Virus record (IMG/VR): IMGVR_UViG_3300031998_000005
Reading direction: 5' to 3' (one strand)
DNA: 64,000 nucleotides
Source of the DNA: a virus
Taxonomy: Duplodnaviria > Caudoviricetes
Shown here: one piece after another, positions 8,115 to 19,229 of the stretch
How positions within the stretch are numbered: the stretch's first letter is position 1
Layout of the letters: each line of letters starts with the position of its first letter
Program-made: the position numbers and the translations under genes
Notes under the pieces: model-generated
What the model was told of the DNA's origin: nothing
The model's database searches: none
What the model saw: the letters and a program-made list of their open reading frames with translations, nothing else

Positions 8115-9531
8115 ATGAACGCAAGCGAAAAGAAACAGATTGAAGAACTGCTCAAGGGACTTACTTATAATACCAAGACCCGTAAATTGGCATTCAAACG
8201 TAGCGATGGGGCTACCTACTTTACGGGGGCGTGTGTTACTCGCTTCAAGAATGACTTGAAGAAACTGCTTGATTCGTTCAAGATAGAGAAATCCAAGTTG
8301 AGCCTTGAAGAACAGGAAGAACGGGAATACAAGGCACCCGAACACAAGTATCTTGTCACGCTGACCAAAGACCCGAAAGCACCCGTGATGTGGGAATGCA
8401 AGTCCGTGCAGGACGTGTTTATGCAGACCCGCACCCATACGCAGTCTAATGACGCAAATCCGTTTACCGTCGTGGACGTGGCTACCACTTACAGGGTAAT
8501 GGAACGCACCGAATGGGACACGCCCGAAATGGATAAGAAATGGAAAGACTACTTGGCTCTTAAAAAGGACTTCGGGTAAAATGTCAAGGTGGGTGGACAC
8601 TAACAAGAAAAGTATTACGGAATCTCTTATAGAGATTTCCAAAAAAATAGAAGCAGAAACCCATAGGGGCAAAATAACAAATGGGATTATTTCTACTACG
8701 AATTATCCCGAAACTAGAAAATTGTTAGAATCTTGGGGCTACAAAGAAGTGTCCCCGAATTATTGGGAGCGTAAGAAATAATGGAAGGTTGGAACTTGGA
8801 CGAACAGAAACTCAAAGCAGAATTTAACAGGAAGCATCCCGATTGGAACAAACAACGGGTGTGCCTGTGTTGCGGTGAAAAGTTTTGGAGCGGTAAGCCC
8901 CGTAACATCTGCCTACAATGTGCTATGCAACAGGGATTACTTAAACCCGTAAATCCGACCGCTACCGACAAGCAACCCTGGTGGGAAAAATTGCTTACTA
9001 CCAGGGCTATCCGCTTGATGGCAGTTCCGTTTATTCTAGGTGCAGGATATGTGACGGATGCATTGCCACTTGCCATAGGTGTCAGCGTGTTCATCACTAT
9101 CCTTGCACTTACCTGTAAGGAGTAATATGGCTGAAACAATCGTCTATGACAAACTCCCCGAAAACTATGACCTTGCCGATTTGGTTAAAAAGACCGATAC
9201 GGCTCTTTATTATTTCACAGGTAAAATCAAATACTACTTGTCGCAGGCAATAACAGGGTGCTGTATTATGCCCCCTCCGACCGTGACGTGGCGACCCGAC
9301 CACTCGTTTGAAGTTATCGGGCGTGTAGATATTGACGATAGGGTTTATTACACCTATACTGCCCTAGTAAACGGAAACTCTCCCGACTATATGAAAGTGA
9401 CTTTGTTCAAGGACAATATATTAAGGGCTGTTCGCTTGGCAAAGTTAGATGAACAATCTATCTGCTCCATTATGGATGACTTGCATACGATGTCCAGGCT
9501 TGAATATGCAGAACCCGCTTTCAAGGATTAG
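8115..9531 (+). CDS. four hypothetical proteins (8115-8579, 8581-8781, 8781-9125 Cys-rich membrane, 9127-9531)
   Basis: Co-oriented ORFs with RBSs. Confidence 0.7.
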
Positions 9532-9534
9532 GCT

Positions 9535-9768
9535 ATGGCAAAGAAATGGACACCCCCGAAGATAACCTATATCCACTGCGACTATTGCGAGCAGCAAAAG
9601 CCTATTCCATCACAGGATAGGGAAATGGATGCTATCCTTGATGAAGATGGCTATTTCAATGTCCTTGATAATACCGAGGAAGGGAATATGCCTGCGACCG
9701 CAGCCGTATTCAAGTTCCTGTTCTGCCCGATTTGTGGCAGGCGATTACCCGCACCCAAGGAGGAATAG
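9535..9768 (+). CDS. Zn-ribbon mini-protein
   Basis: CDYC...FCPICGRRL. Confidence 0.7.
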   Translation: MAKKWTPPKITYIHCDYCEQQKPIPSQDREMDAILDEDGYFNVLDNTEEGNMPATAAVFKFLFCPICGRRLPAPKEE

Positions 9769-9770
9769 AT

Positions 9771-10678
9771 ATGTATGGAGTAGTAATCACCTCAAGACCT
9801 AATCTCCAAGTCGCTGAAACGATAGAACACGTTGACGGATTACCGACAAGAAGGGCTGCGGATGACTTTGCACACAAATGGTGTAAAGAAGCACCGAACA
9901 ACCGAACCGCATTTGTCTATGAAATGGAACAGCCCGCACAGAAGGAACCGCCCCTGTTTACCTACTCTACGGGTCCTGCGGGAGCGACAATTAGCCTTAC
10001 ACAAGAACAACTCTTGGACAAAGTGGATATGCTCTGCACCAAGTTAAATAATTTGAAAATGTTTATCTGCGATGACGCAACATCTACGTCTGTGCTTGTG
10101 GAAGAAGTCACACTTGCCCACCATCTTGCACACGAATTGTGGGATGCCCTGCCCGATGAAGAATCCAATGATGGTGCAGTAGGCGAGGTTATCAAGAGAG
10201 CATATGGCGGTGAAACAAAAAACGGGTGATGTAGTCCTTACGCTCCCAGGTGGCAGGACTATAAAGATGTTTGTAAGCAAGGGTAGCCACCGCTCGTTTA
10301 GGAATAAGGGTCGCTATGAAATCCCCGATGAAATCTATGGCGACCCCGAAATTGCATATTTACTGATGAAGGTTAAAAATGACAAAAAGCGAACAGAAGA
10401 AAATCCTTGACTTACTCAAACGTCTGCAATACAGCCCTTACAAGGATTTATGCGACCGCCCTACGGGAGTGTTGTCCTTTAAGTCAAAAGACGGGCGTGT
10501 AGTATCTACGACCCTGTGCAACGCTGACAAGATTATACCCGCATTCAAGAAAGAACTCAAAAAGTTGCTTAAAGACTTGACCGAGCAAAATGAAGATACG
10601 GGTGGAGAATGGCTGACTAACGGGAATGTTCCCGATGAACCGCTGGACGCACAGCAAAATTGGGGAATTTTCGGATAG
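9771..10678 (+). CDS. three hypothetical proteins (9771-10229, 10204-10410, 10379-10678)
   Basis: Co-oriented; last is a paralog of the 8115-8579 N-terminus. Confidence 0.65.
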
Positions 10679-10685
10679 CACCCTA

Positions 10686-10714
10686 TTGACTTTGATTAGG
10701 TATTTTGTTATATT
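10686..10714 (+). promoter_or_regulatory. conserved phage early promoter
   Basis: TTGACT-17-TATATT, GGTATTTTGT box. Confidence 0.8.
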
Positions 10715-10750
10715 ACAGGAACAACCCGTTTAACCACGAACCGAGAAACT

Positions 10751-12059
10751 ATGAGTATTATTGAAATCCTGCGTAGCCTTCCGAATATCCCGCCCTACAG
10801 GACGGGAACTATCTACGAAGTGACAAACTACGATGGAACAAAGGAAACATCGTCTAGCAAGTGGTGTCTTAATCACTATGCTTGTTTCTGCGAAACTTTC
10901 AAGTTCATCACGGAGAAAATCAGTGAAGATGGCTACACCGTCGTTTATTGGCTGTCACACCCTGTCTTTGCGATGAAACTTGATGGCGAATATCCGCAGT
11001 TCAAAATCTTTATGGGCAAGGACGGAATCCGCAACGACAAGCATAAAAACGAACTTGGGGAAAACAGACCCCCACGGGATTGTGAGTGGGCACCGTTCGT
11101 CAAGGGTCAAAGCATTGGTGTGCAATATGCCAAGAACACAGGAAACTACGCCCTGCATTTTGAAATCGTAGTGCATCACGCAGCCTACTACATAGGCTAC
11201 CTAAAATGTCTTGAAGAAAGGGGCTTACTATGAAACTCTACTATCTTGAAAATTCCGTTGCTACCGAAGATTACAAGTATTACCGAAATGGTAGCGACTG
11301 CGGTGGCGAGTCCTACGATGGCACAGGTGACTTAAAGTATGCCCGTTTCTTTCTTGACAAGGAAACGGCAAAGGCTTACATCAAGGACGCTAATAGTTGG
11401 TGGACAAAGTTTGATTTTCACGTCAAGTCTATTGAGTTTAACGAACTGATGGACTTAATCCAACAGGAGAACCCCCAACTGAAAACATTTATCCTGGACA
11501 GGTGGGAATGATGAAGAAACCCGTATGTGCGTGTGCCAAGTTTGCCGTGAAGATGAAGAACCCCTGCGATGGGTATGTTCTAGCCTATGGCAAGGACGAA
11601 GTGGACGAGTATGTTGAAAATCTCCAAGCCACCCACTACGCAGAAAGTGTGGACTTGGGAATGGCTAACAAAAAACTTCAAGACGAAGTTGCTAAACTAA
11701 AAGCACAAATGCCAAGATACAGGCAATTTGTTGAAGAAGAAGAATTTAGAAAGAAACTTGTTGATGAATATGATGGCTATGTATATGAATGGAAGGGTAA
11801 ACACTATGTAGCCACCCCATATCTTAACATTTTCGTAAAAAACACGTTATATGCCTTATGGATGTCTAGGGCTACTACCGCCAAAAACCTGGTCATCGCC
11901 TACGAGAACTATGACTACCTTGATTGCGACCGAATGACAATTAAGCAAGAAACCGCTAGAACGTGGATGACCTGTAAACTCCGCACTGCCGAAGAATGGG
12001 TTAAAGTTTGGAAAAAGGTTCAAGCATTGTGTGAAAACTACGCAAAGAAATTTGAATAA
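10751..12059 (+). CDS. three hypothetical proteins (10751-11233, 11230-11511, 11508-12059)
   Basis: Translationally coupled ORFs. Confidence 0.7.
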
Positions 12060-12071
12060 AGGAAATATATT

Positions 12072-12443
12072 ATGGAACAGACCATCCTTGTGTATCGTGT
12101 AGAAAATCCCAAAAAAGGCGAGGGTCTTTGGCGAGATTTTGATGGCAACCTTAACCCCGTGTTTGACAAGTTGTCCGAAGGCTTGAGTCGCAGCCTTCCG
12201 ATGCCGGATAATCAAGAAAGGTATCACGCAGATGGCAAGAATTGGTTTGCGTCCGCACCTTCCAGGGAAACCTTGAAGCATTGGTTTAGCCGTAAGGACG
12301 TAGAAGAACTTGTCGCCTTGGGCTATGGTGTATTTGAATTTGAAGTCAAGAACACTAGGTTCGTCAGCGACTTTGAAACCATCTTCACGAGGGATAACAT
12401 CGTCAAGGTGAACGAACTCCAAATCTCGGACATTTGGGAATAG
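12072..12443 (+). CDS. hypothetical protein, paralog of 50761-51129
   Basis: YRxE..GLW..LPM..RYHxDGKNWF shared. Confidence 0.75.
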   Translation: MEQTILVYRVENPKKGEGLWRDFDGNLNPVFDKLSEGLSRSLPMPDNQERYHADGKNWFASAPSRETLKHWFSRKDVEELVALGYGVFEFEVKNTRFVSDFETIFTRDNIVKVNELQISDIWE

Positions 12444-12559
12444 GATGAAAGACCTTGACTTTTACGAACCCGATTGGCTCTATGTGATGGTTTATTTCTT
12501 CGGGTGCAAATGCCCCGAAGAATACAAATGTTTTTGGAAACACTATAAAGGACTTTACG

Positions 12560-12868
12560 ATGGATTATGAGAAACTTGAAAATGAGGTTCACGAAGCCTT
12601 AAAGGACAACATTGAAAACAGGTTCTTTCTTTGTGAAAGGTTTACGAACACCCGAACAATCTCTTGGGAAAAATCCCTGCGGGCAATATCTCGCTCCGAC
12701 TTGTCCTGTGCCGACAACTACCTTATGCAGAAAGTGGCTATCGCTTTTACTGAATTTGAGCGGGGCAATTATTCGGGTAGCAAGAGAGCCTTTGCCGAAT
12801 GCGGGGCGATTATCTTGCGGTGTATGAACTATGTGGATGAACACGAGTTTGTGAAGAAAGATGGTTAA
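12560..12868 (+). CDS. hypothetical protein
   Basis: AAGGA RBS. Confidence 0.65.
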   Translation: MDYEKLENEVHEALKDNIENRFFLCERFTNTRTISWEKSLRAISRSDLSCADNYLMQKVAIAFTEFERGNYSGSKRAFAECGAIILRCMNYVDEHEFVKKDG

Positions 12869-13301
12869 ATACACAAGGACATACGAAGAACTGCCCCGTG
12901 GGTTAAGCAAGATGTTCAAGAAGATTGAACCATCTATCGCCACGAGCGTAAAGAAACACCCAAGGGGCAGGCGAACCCGCTACATCGTGGCATACAACGG
13001 CAAGGACGAACCCCGTGGAATCCTGGAATGGAGTCATCGTTGTGCTAGACATTTCGGGCGACACAATATGCCGTTCCTAGCAAATATGGACACGAGCGTT
13101 CACCATCGGGGCTACGGGGAACTGCTGTTCAATCAGTTCCTGTCCGAAATCAAGTATAGGTTTTTCCTGTTCTGTATGGACGAGAATGCCGAGCAGTTCT
13201 GGCGACACATTGGCGAGAAGAACGGACTGACCATTACAACCCCGTTCAAATCCCCGTGGGGAACACCCGCCCTGCTGATGAAGAAAAGGAAACCACTATG
13301 A
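12861..13301 (+). CDS. putative GNAT acetyltransferase
   Basis: HHRGYGELL acetyl-CoA loop-like motif and NAEQFW.HIG. Confidence 0.55.
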   Translation: MVKYTRTYEELPRGLSKMFKKIEPSIATSVKKHPRGRRTRYIVAYNGKDEPRGILEWSHRCARHFGRHNMPFLANMDTSVHHRGYGELLFNQFLSEIKYRFFLFCMDENAEQFWRHIGEKNGLTITTPFKSPWGTPALLMKKRKPL

Positions 13302-13558
13302 AGAAACTACGCTACATTTGGGGATTGGCTGTATCTACACTAGCCCTGCCGTTCGTTCTGCTCTACGGGGTGCTAGTTCTTGTCCAAATCCTAATCCTCG
13401 CTACAATACTAATCCCGTATTGTCTTGGGTGCGTATTGAAGAAATTTATCCTAGTTATGCACGGAGCAATCGGACCGACCGCCCGTGAAAACGAGAACCT
13501 ACAAAGCCCCTTGACCAAGTTCAATAAACTCATTCTATCACAGGAGATTGACCTATAA
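13298..13558 (+). CDS. hypothetical membrane protein
   Basis: Long hydrophobic segment. Confidence 0.65.
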   Translation: MKKLRYIWGLAVSTLALPFVLLYGVLVLVQILILATILIPYCLGCVLKKFILVMHGAIGPTARENENLQSPLTKFNKLILSQEIDL

Positions 13559-13758
13559 TGTGCAAGATTTGTGAATCCAAAAAGAAAAAGGTTGATATTA
13601 CCGCAGAAGAAGCCTTCTACGCCATCTATTTCAACAAGCCCAATAAACGGGATGATTGCGAAGATTTCAAGCACCACCACACGATTTCTGCGGACGATGG
13701 CGATGCCTATGCCGTTATTCAGTTCTGCCCGTTCTGCGGTCGTAAATTGGAGGACTAG
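13558..13758 (+). CDS. Zn-ribbon mini-protein, array copy 1
   Basis: MCKIC...IQFCPFCGRKL. Confidence 0.8.
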   Translation: MCKICESKKKKVDITAEEAFYAIYFNKPNKRDDCEDFKHHHTISADDGDAYAVIQFCPFCGRKLED

Positions 13759-13761
13759 CCT

Positions 13762-13965
13762 ATGTGTCAATACTGCGAAAAACACCCCATTGGTTGCGAG
13801 GAATTGACCACCCCGTTCATCTGTAATGCTGATGCGGTTCTCCGCATAGAAAAAGATGAACCCTATGTGGGCGATTATGGATTCACCCTGTATATTGATG
13901 GTGAAAACGTGTTCTATGGGAGCGAACCCATCAACTATTGTCCGATGTGCGGACGTAAATTATAA
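13762..13965 (+). CDS. Zn-ribbon mini-protein, array copy 2
   Basis: MCQYC...INYCPMCGRKL. Confidence 0.8.
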   Translation: MCQYCEKHPIGCEELTTPFICNADAVLRIEKDEPYVGDYGFTLYIDGENVFYGSEPINYCPMCGRKL

Positions 13966-13974
13966 GGAAAGCCT

Positions 13975-14163
13975 ATGTGTAAGTATTGCAAAACGACCCA
14001 TAAAGACGGCTTACAGGCGGGAGCAGATTTCGGGGATGGCAACGACCGTTTTCGGCTGATGAACTCTGGCAGACTTGCTGCCCGTATGGATATTTGGGAT
14101 TTCGCCCTGCACTCCGTCAAAATCAAGTTTTGTCCGATGTGTGGACGAAAGTTGGAGTTTTAG
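13975..14163 (+). CDS. Zn-ribbon mini-protein, array copy 3
   Basis: MCKYC...IKFCPMCGRKL. Confidence 0.8.
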   Translation: MCKYCKTTHKDGLQAGADFGDGNDRFRLMNSGRLAARMDIWDFALHSVKIKFCPMCGRKLEF

Positions 14164-14166
14164 CCT

Positions 14167-14340
14167 ATGTGTGAATACTGCGAACCTTATCACGAAGAAC
14201 AGATTGACGGAGAGAACGGGGATGCCTATGTCACTAAATATGGCGAACTTGTTGTTTTTCCCGATACCGACTTTGAGGTGAAAGCCGTCCATCTAAAAAT
14301 CAAGTTCTGCCCGATGTGCGGTGGCAGAATCGGAGTCTAG
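14167..14340 (+). CDS. Zn-ribbon mini-protein, array copy 4 (57 aa, absent from ORF track)
   Basis: MCEYCEPYHEE...IKFCPMCGGRIGV. Confidence 0.8.
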   Translation: MCEYCEPYHEEQIDGENGDAYVTKYGELVVFPDTDFEVKAVHLKIKFCPMCGGRIGV

Positions 14341-14343
14341 CCT

Positions 14344-14601
14344 ATGTGTGAATACTGCGACCACGAAACAAACGAAGAAGCCAAGCGATTCCCCCTGTTT
14401 AATGAAAATGCCAAGCGGGAAGAAGCCTTCATTGATGAAGACAACTACCTATCGGTCTATACCGAAAGCGGGGAATGGGTCGGTGTGGGTATCAAGTTCT
14501 GCCCGATGTGCGGGGAACGGCTCAAAGGGTGCGGGCATTTTGACGAGGATGACCCACCTACGACCTTTGAACGGACAACCCAGGCACCGTTCCCCTACTA
14601 A
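14344..14601 (+). CDS. Zn-ribbon mini-protein, array copy 5
   Basis: MCEYC...IKFCPMCGERL. Confidence 0.8.
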   Translation: MCEYCDHETNEEAKRFPLFNENAKREEAFIDEDNYLSVYTESGEWVGVGIKFCPMCGERLKGCGHFDEDDPPTTFERTTQAPFPY

Positions 14602-14632
14602 AAAAAAATCAAAAAAAAATTACTAATACCTA

Positions 14633-14661
14633 TTGACAGGCATTGGATATTTTGTTATATT
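14633..14661 (+). promoter_or_regulatory. conserved phage early promoter
   Basis: TTGACA-17-TATATT; ACAACCACCAACCGAGG leader. Confidence 0.85.
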
Positions 14662-14698
14662 TAAGGTATCAAGAACAACCACCAACCGAGGTAGCAAA

Positions 14699-15346
14699 AT
14701 GTCCATCTTCTACAAAGAACGCTATAATCGTGAAACCAAGCAGTATGAATATAACGTAGAGCGTTATATAGGCTGTGTTCTTTTTCTCCGTGAACACAAT
14801 GGTTTTGAAGACTCCGATTTCTATGCCTTGGTCTATAACAAGGACACAGACAAGTTTGAAGAAATTGAATATGGTTCTACCCGTTATGCAGGCGGGGGTA
14901 TTGCCCACGTAGATGCTACCCCCGAAATTATTGCACTTTACAGGACACGTGCGGAGCAGGCAGAATTTCGTTGCAAGGTGCAGGCTACTTGGAAATTCCA
15001 TCAGTATAGGGTGGATTTCTGCAAGGCTACGAATGTGTCTTTCAAGGAAGCGAACAAGTTGTTCAATGCGTATGGGGCAATTTCCGCAGATTTAGTTCGT
15101 GTGGGTAAACTGCTCCACACTAGGAATTTCCGTTCGGATTTCCGTAAGAAAATGGCAGAACAGGTTAGAACTTGGCTCAAGGACGAAAACCCCAAGTATA
15201 AGACCCCGCTTTCCCCCAAGCAGATGGGTTTCTGCACCGACTCTTATCGGGGTGACGATGTGCGAGATGCCCCGTGGAATGACGGCACGTATGCACACCA
15301 TCTTGACTATCGTGCCCGCTTCGGGACAGGCTATATTCAGTTATAA
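14699..15346 (+). CDS. hypothetical protein
   Basis: First gene after promoter. Confidence 0.8.
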   Translation: MSIFYKERYNRETKQYEYNVERYIGCVLFLREHNGFEDSDFYALVYNKDTDKFEEIEYGSTRYAGGGIAHVDATPEIIALYRTRAEQAEFRCKVQATWKFHQYRVDFCKATNVSFKEANKLFNAYGAISADLVRVGKLLHTRNFRSDFRKKMAEQVRTWLKDENPKYKTPLSPKQMGFCTDSYRGDDVRDAPWNDGTYAHHLDYRARFGTGYIQL

Positions 15347-15529
15347 GGAAACTACCCTATGGCTAGAGGTTTCAAGTATCAGTCCCCAGGTGGGACAATG
15401 TATGGCTACGGAGCGGTCTGCCGTATGTATGCCAAGAAATTCAACGAGTTAAACAAAGACCAAGTAGCCTTTGAAAAATGGCTGTTCACCGAGAAAGGCT
15501 TTCGCCTGTTCTACCTGTAAGGAGTTCCT

Positions 15530-18500
15530 ATGGCTATCAAAATGCCCAAAGACCCGAACAAGGTCAAGACACTCTGCTACAAGTATCAAAAGCAGTTGAA
15601 AGAACTTACGCAGAAATACGAAAAAGAACGCCTAAATTGGGGTATGGAAGAATACTACCTTACCCAAAAGATTTGGGATTTTGAAGCCCTTTGCAAAAAG
15701 AACAACGTGGACTTCACCATCGTAAACGAACGGGACGCACACCGTCGCCAACATTAAAGGAGAACCCTTATGCTTATTCGCCCTGCTTGTTCGGGTATGA
15801 CCCTTGACGAATCTATGGAAAAAGCCAAAGAAGTGCTTACACAGGAATCGCTTATGGAATGTATCAAGGAAGATTTCTGTGGCGACCTGTTCAACTTGGA
15901 CACGCTCCAATGTAAGGAATACTGCTTTGACGAGCGTATCGGTTGGATGACCTACCTACTTACCGCTGACTTTGCTGACGGCTCTTACAAGCAACAGGCG
16001 GTGGCTTTTACCAATGGTCGCATTGAAGACCTACCTAGCGGTCCGAGAACGCCTGCAAAGGACTAGCGATGAACGTCATTGAGCCAAAAAATTTTGATGC
16101 GTTCCACTATGCAAAGATGGCAAAAACCATTGACCACGTATGGTGGACTTATGGTCCTGTCCAATGCGTAGGACAGAACTTCCTGGCTACGGCTATGACT
16201 TGTGCGGGATGGGTGTTTCACCACATCAAACCATTATTTGACTCTGCAAAATCCATAGTAGCCAATCCCGACCCCGTGCCGTTAAAGCACGGCAACCGCA
16301 AATGGAAGCGGGTTATTGTCGTGGATGGACTAACCATCTATATGGGAGTGCTTCTATTCAATATGTTATGCAGCGAATATCATCTTGACCCGCAAAAAGA
16401 AATCATCACGGAAAGACAGTTCGTGGACATCTTCAAGAAGGTCTATCCAGATGTTCGGCTCTATGGTCTTGATGACGAAGAAGGCAACGATATATGGGCT
16501 AGTGCTATCGGCTATTGGGATGCCAACCGAATCCTGTTTAGCCGTGCCGATGAAGAAGTCCGTATGTGGCGAAACTACGGCAGATGGGATTATCGTTTCA
16601 AATCCGCAAAGGAATTTGAAGATTGGCTCACAAACGCACGTTCCCACGAGCATTACTTTGACACTATATCTACGGAGAATAATAAATGAGTCACAACTTG
16701 GAAGAATACAAAGCCGATGAAAACTTCGGCAACGGCTTGGTCTATTGCATCCCCGAAGTGGAAAAAGTCCTTGCCGAACAGGACGAAGAAATCCGCAGGC
16801 TTCGCAAAGCCCTGTATCAAGCCTGCACTAATTGGGCTTTCGCTATGGACGCTCACTTGACCGACAAAATCCTTGCGAGCAACAACCCCGACAAACTCCG
16901 CTTTATTCGTGACCGATGGTGGCGAATGGGGCATAAGTGCTGGGATAAATCAAAGAAATTTTCCATCGTAAAAACTGACAAGGAATAACCTATGAAGAAA
17001 ATCAAACTCTTTTTCAAAAATCTGTTCCGTAAAGGAAAGCCCTGTATCTACTGCGGATTGAAGACTACCGATGTCCGCAGGATTCCTGGACAAGCCTATC
17101 CCTACCGCATTTGCGAAAAGTGCTACAAGAAAGAAATGTTCACTCACTATTTTTCGTAAGGAGAACTTATGTGGGTTTTAGTATTGTTTACCCTCTTGGG
17201 AGCCGAAGGCAAGATTACCCCGAACTCCCCTGTGACCTCAACCGTCATCCACTACTTCAAGACCGAAAAGGCTTGCATTGATGCGGGTCATTCGTTTGTT
17301 GCCCAAAACCGTGTCAAGGATTTTAGAGCGGAAGGCAACATTTGGCAAGTAGATTTGGCACACCGATTCCACTGCGTAGAAATCGGCAAGTAATTCCTAA
17401 CTATAAGGAACACCCTTATGAACCGCTACAACCATCCCCTCAACAATCCCCATATCTTCTTTTTTGAGTTGCAGAACAACAAGACCTATGACGTAGCCTA
17501 CACCCTGCCATATAGCATTGACGATGAACCTACCGAACAGGATGTGGATGACATCGCCAAGCACTTGGTAGAAGTCATCAAGACTAAACGGCAATCGCTT
17601 GGGTGGAATCATTCCGACCTGTTCTACCGCATTGGCTACCACAGCCTCCTGCAATCGGGAATGGGCTTGGATTTAGCCTTTGCCATTGACTATAAGGTAA
17701 GCAAGATTTTGGACGGAAAGGAATAGACTATGCAAACACGTAAAGACCTTATCCACGTGACACTGACCGAAGATGAAGCCCAGGAAATACTCAAGTCCCT
17801 GCCCGAACAAACTTGGGCGGGCTTGAGCATAAAGGCTAAACTGAAAACTCTATTAGAGAAGAAAGCCCACAGGGATTCGCACCCGCATAAACTTGCCGAT
17901 GATTACGAAACTATGAAATCCTGTCCGTATCGTGACGATTGGCATTATTGCTGTCGGTGTAAATTTGAGTTGATTTGCACGGGTTCCGACCACTACGACA
18001 AGAATATGGTAAAGAAATATATTGAAGAAAATTGGGGAAAGTAATATGGATAAACAAATGAGCCGAGAAGAATTTTGCGAAATCTGCAAGAGCGAAGGAC
18101 TTGAAGTCGTTTGTGATGACACGGGCTACGGTCCTAACAGCATCCACGCAACCGCCTACATCATATCACCTGTCCTATCCAAAGAACAGGATTCCTTTGC
18201 TGATTGGGATTACGATAGGGAATACGATAGTCTTCCTTGGATAAGTTCTTATGATGCCCTGCTGAAAGAGAGAAGCGGTCTGTATCACGTAAGCACATCG
18301 GACTTTTCCGACTGCCCAATAGTAATTGATACCCGTGAAGAACTGCGAGCCGTGTGCCACAATGTAATGGCAGAAATCCGTCACATTGAAGAAGACCCTA
18401 CTTACCGACCCGAACATCCTGCAATATCCAAAAAGTAAAAGCAATCCTATCATAAAGACATTCAATATGAACAACTGCTCCGTAGAACCCATAGTAAAAA

Positions 18501-18700
18501 ATCTTGTCAAGACTATCGGCATCTTGAGGAACACCGCCCGTGTGAGCGAAGTCCGCTATTTATTCCCATCGCCTAACAAGGTAGTGGTGGAACAGATAGC
18601 CGAAGAACTTACAAATCTGGGCTACAAGCCCACCATCCTTTACGGGGGTAAAGGTGTAGATGTGGATGTGCCCTTTGAACTGCGAATCCCCCTTGATTAA
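15530..18700 (+). CDS. run of small hypothetical proteins (15530-15757, 15770-16066, 16069-16689, 16686-16988, 17169-17393, 17418-17726, 17730-18044, 18046-18438, ~18465-18700)
   Basis: Dense co-oriented ORFs with AAGGA RBSs. Confidence 0.65.
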
Positions 18701-18713
18701 AAGGAACTAGACT

Positions 18714-18998
18714 ATGATTATCCAAAAACTGAACTTTGTAGAAACTTGCGGAGCCTGCCCCGAACAATATGATGTGTTCAAAGGTGGCAGACAAGTTGGT
18801 TATGTCCGTCTGCGTTGGGGCACGGTCACTTGCGACTTCCCCGATTGCAGGGGCGACACAATTTATTCCCATTCCTTTGAAAACGATGGATGGAAGGGCT
18901 GCTTTGACAATTCCGAAGAACGGGAAACGTATCTCAACCGAATCGCCACCGCCATCCACGCTGCACTTGCACAAGAAAAACAGGAGCGTAAACAATGA
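18714..18998 (+). CDS. conserved-looking phage protein (CGACPEQYD..GYVRLRWG)
   Basis: Motif I recall from phage hypotheticals; no function. Confidence 0.7.
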   Translation: MIIQKLNFVETCGACPEQYDVFKGGRQVGYVRLRWGTVTCDFPDCRGDTIYSHSFENDGWKGCFDNSEERETYLNRIATAIHAALAQEKQERKQ

Positions 18999-19225
18999 AC
19001 GGACTTCTAAATCCCGCAAACCCCGCATCACCGCTCAACCCGATTAACCCTATCAGCCCGCTCAATCCTACCCGTAACCACCATACGGACACATCAGCGG
19101 TTGTAGCCGTCCAGGATTCCGTAGTGGCATACTTTGACGGAATAGACCTAGCCGTAGCCTGTGGTGGAAGTTTCATTATTGGGATTCTCGCCTGCGTTAT
19201 TTTCTACCTATTCAAAAAAGGATAA
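18995..19225 (+). CDS. small membrane protein with NP repeats
   Basis: NPANPASPLNPINPISPLNP plus C-terminal TM. Confidence 0.7.
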   Translation: MNGLLNPANPASPLNPINPISPLNPTRNHHTDTSAVVAVQDSVVAYFDGIDLAVACGGSFIIGILACVIFYLFKKG

Positions 19226-19229
19226 TCCT

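Noticed and set aside
13558-14601. CRISPR array or DGR target for the constant/variable pattern
   Set aside because: Repeats are degenerate and protein-coding; no cas or reverse transcriptase in the window, and no adenine-specific TR/VR pair seen.
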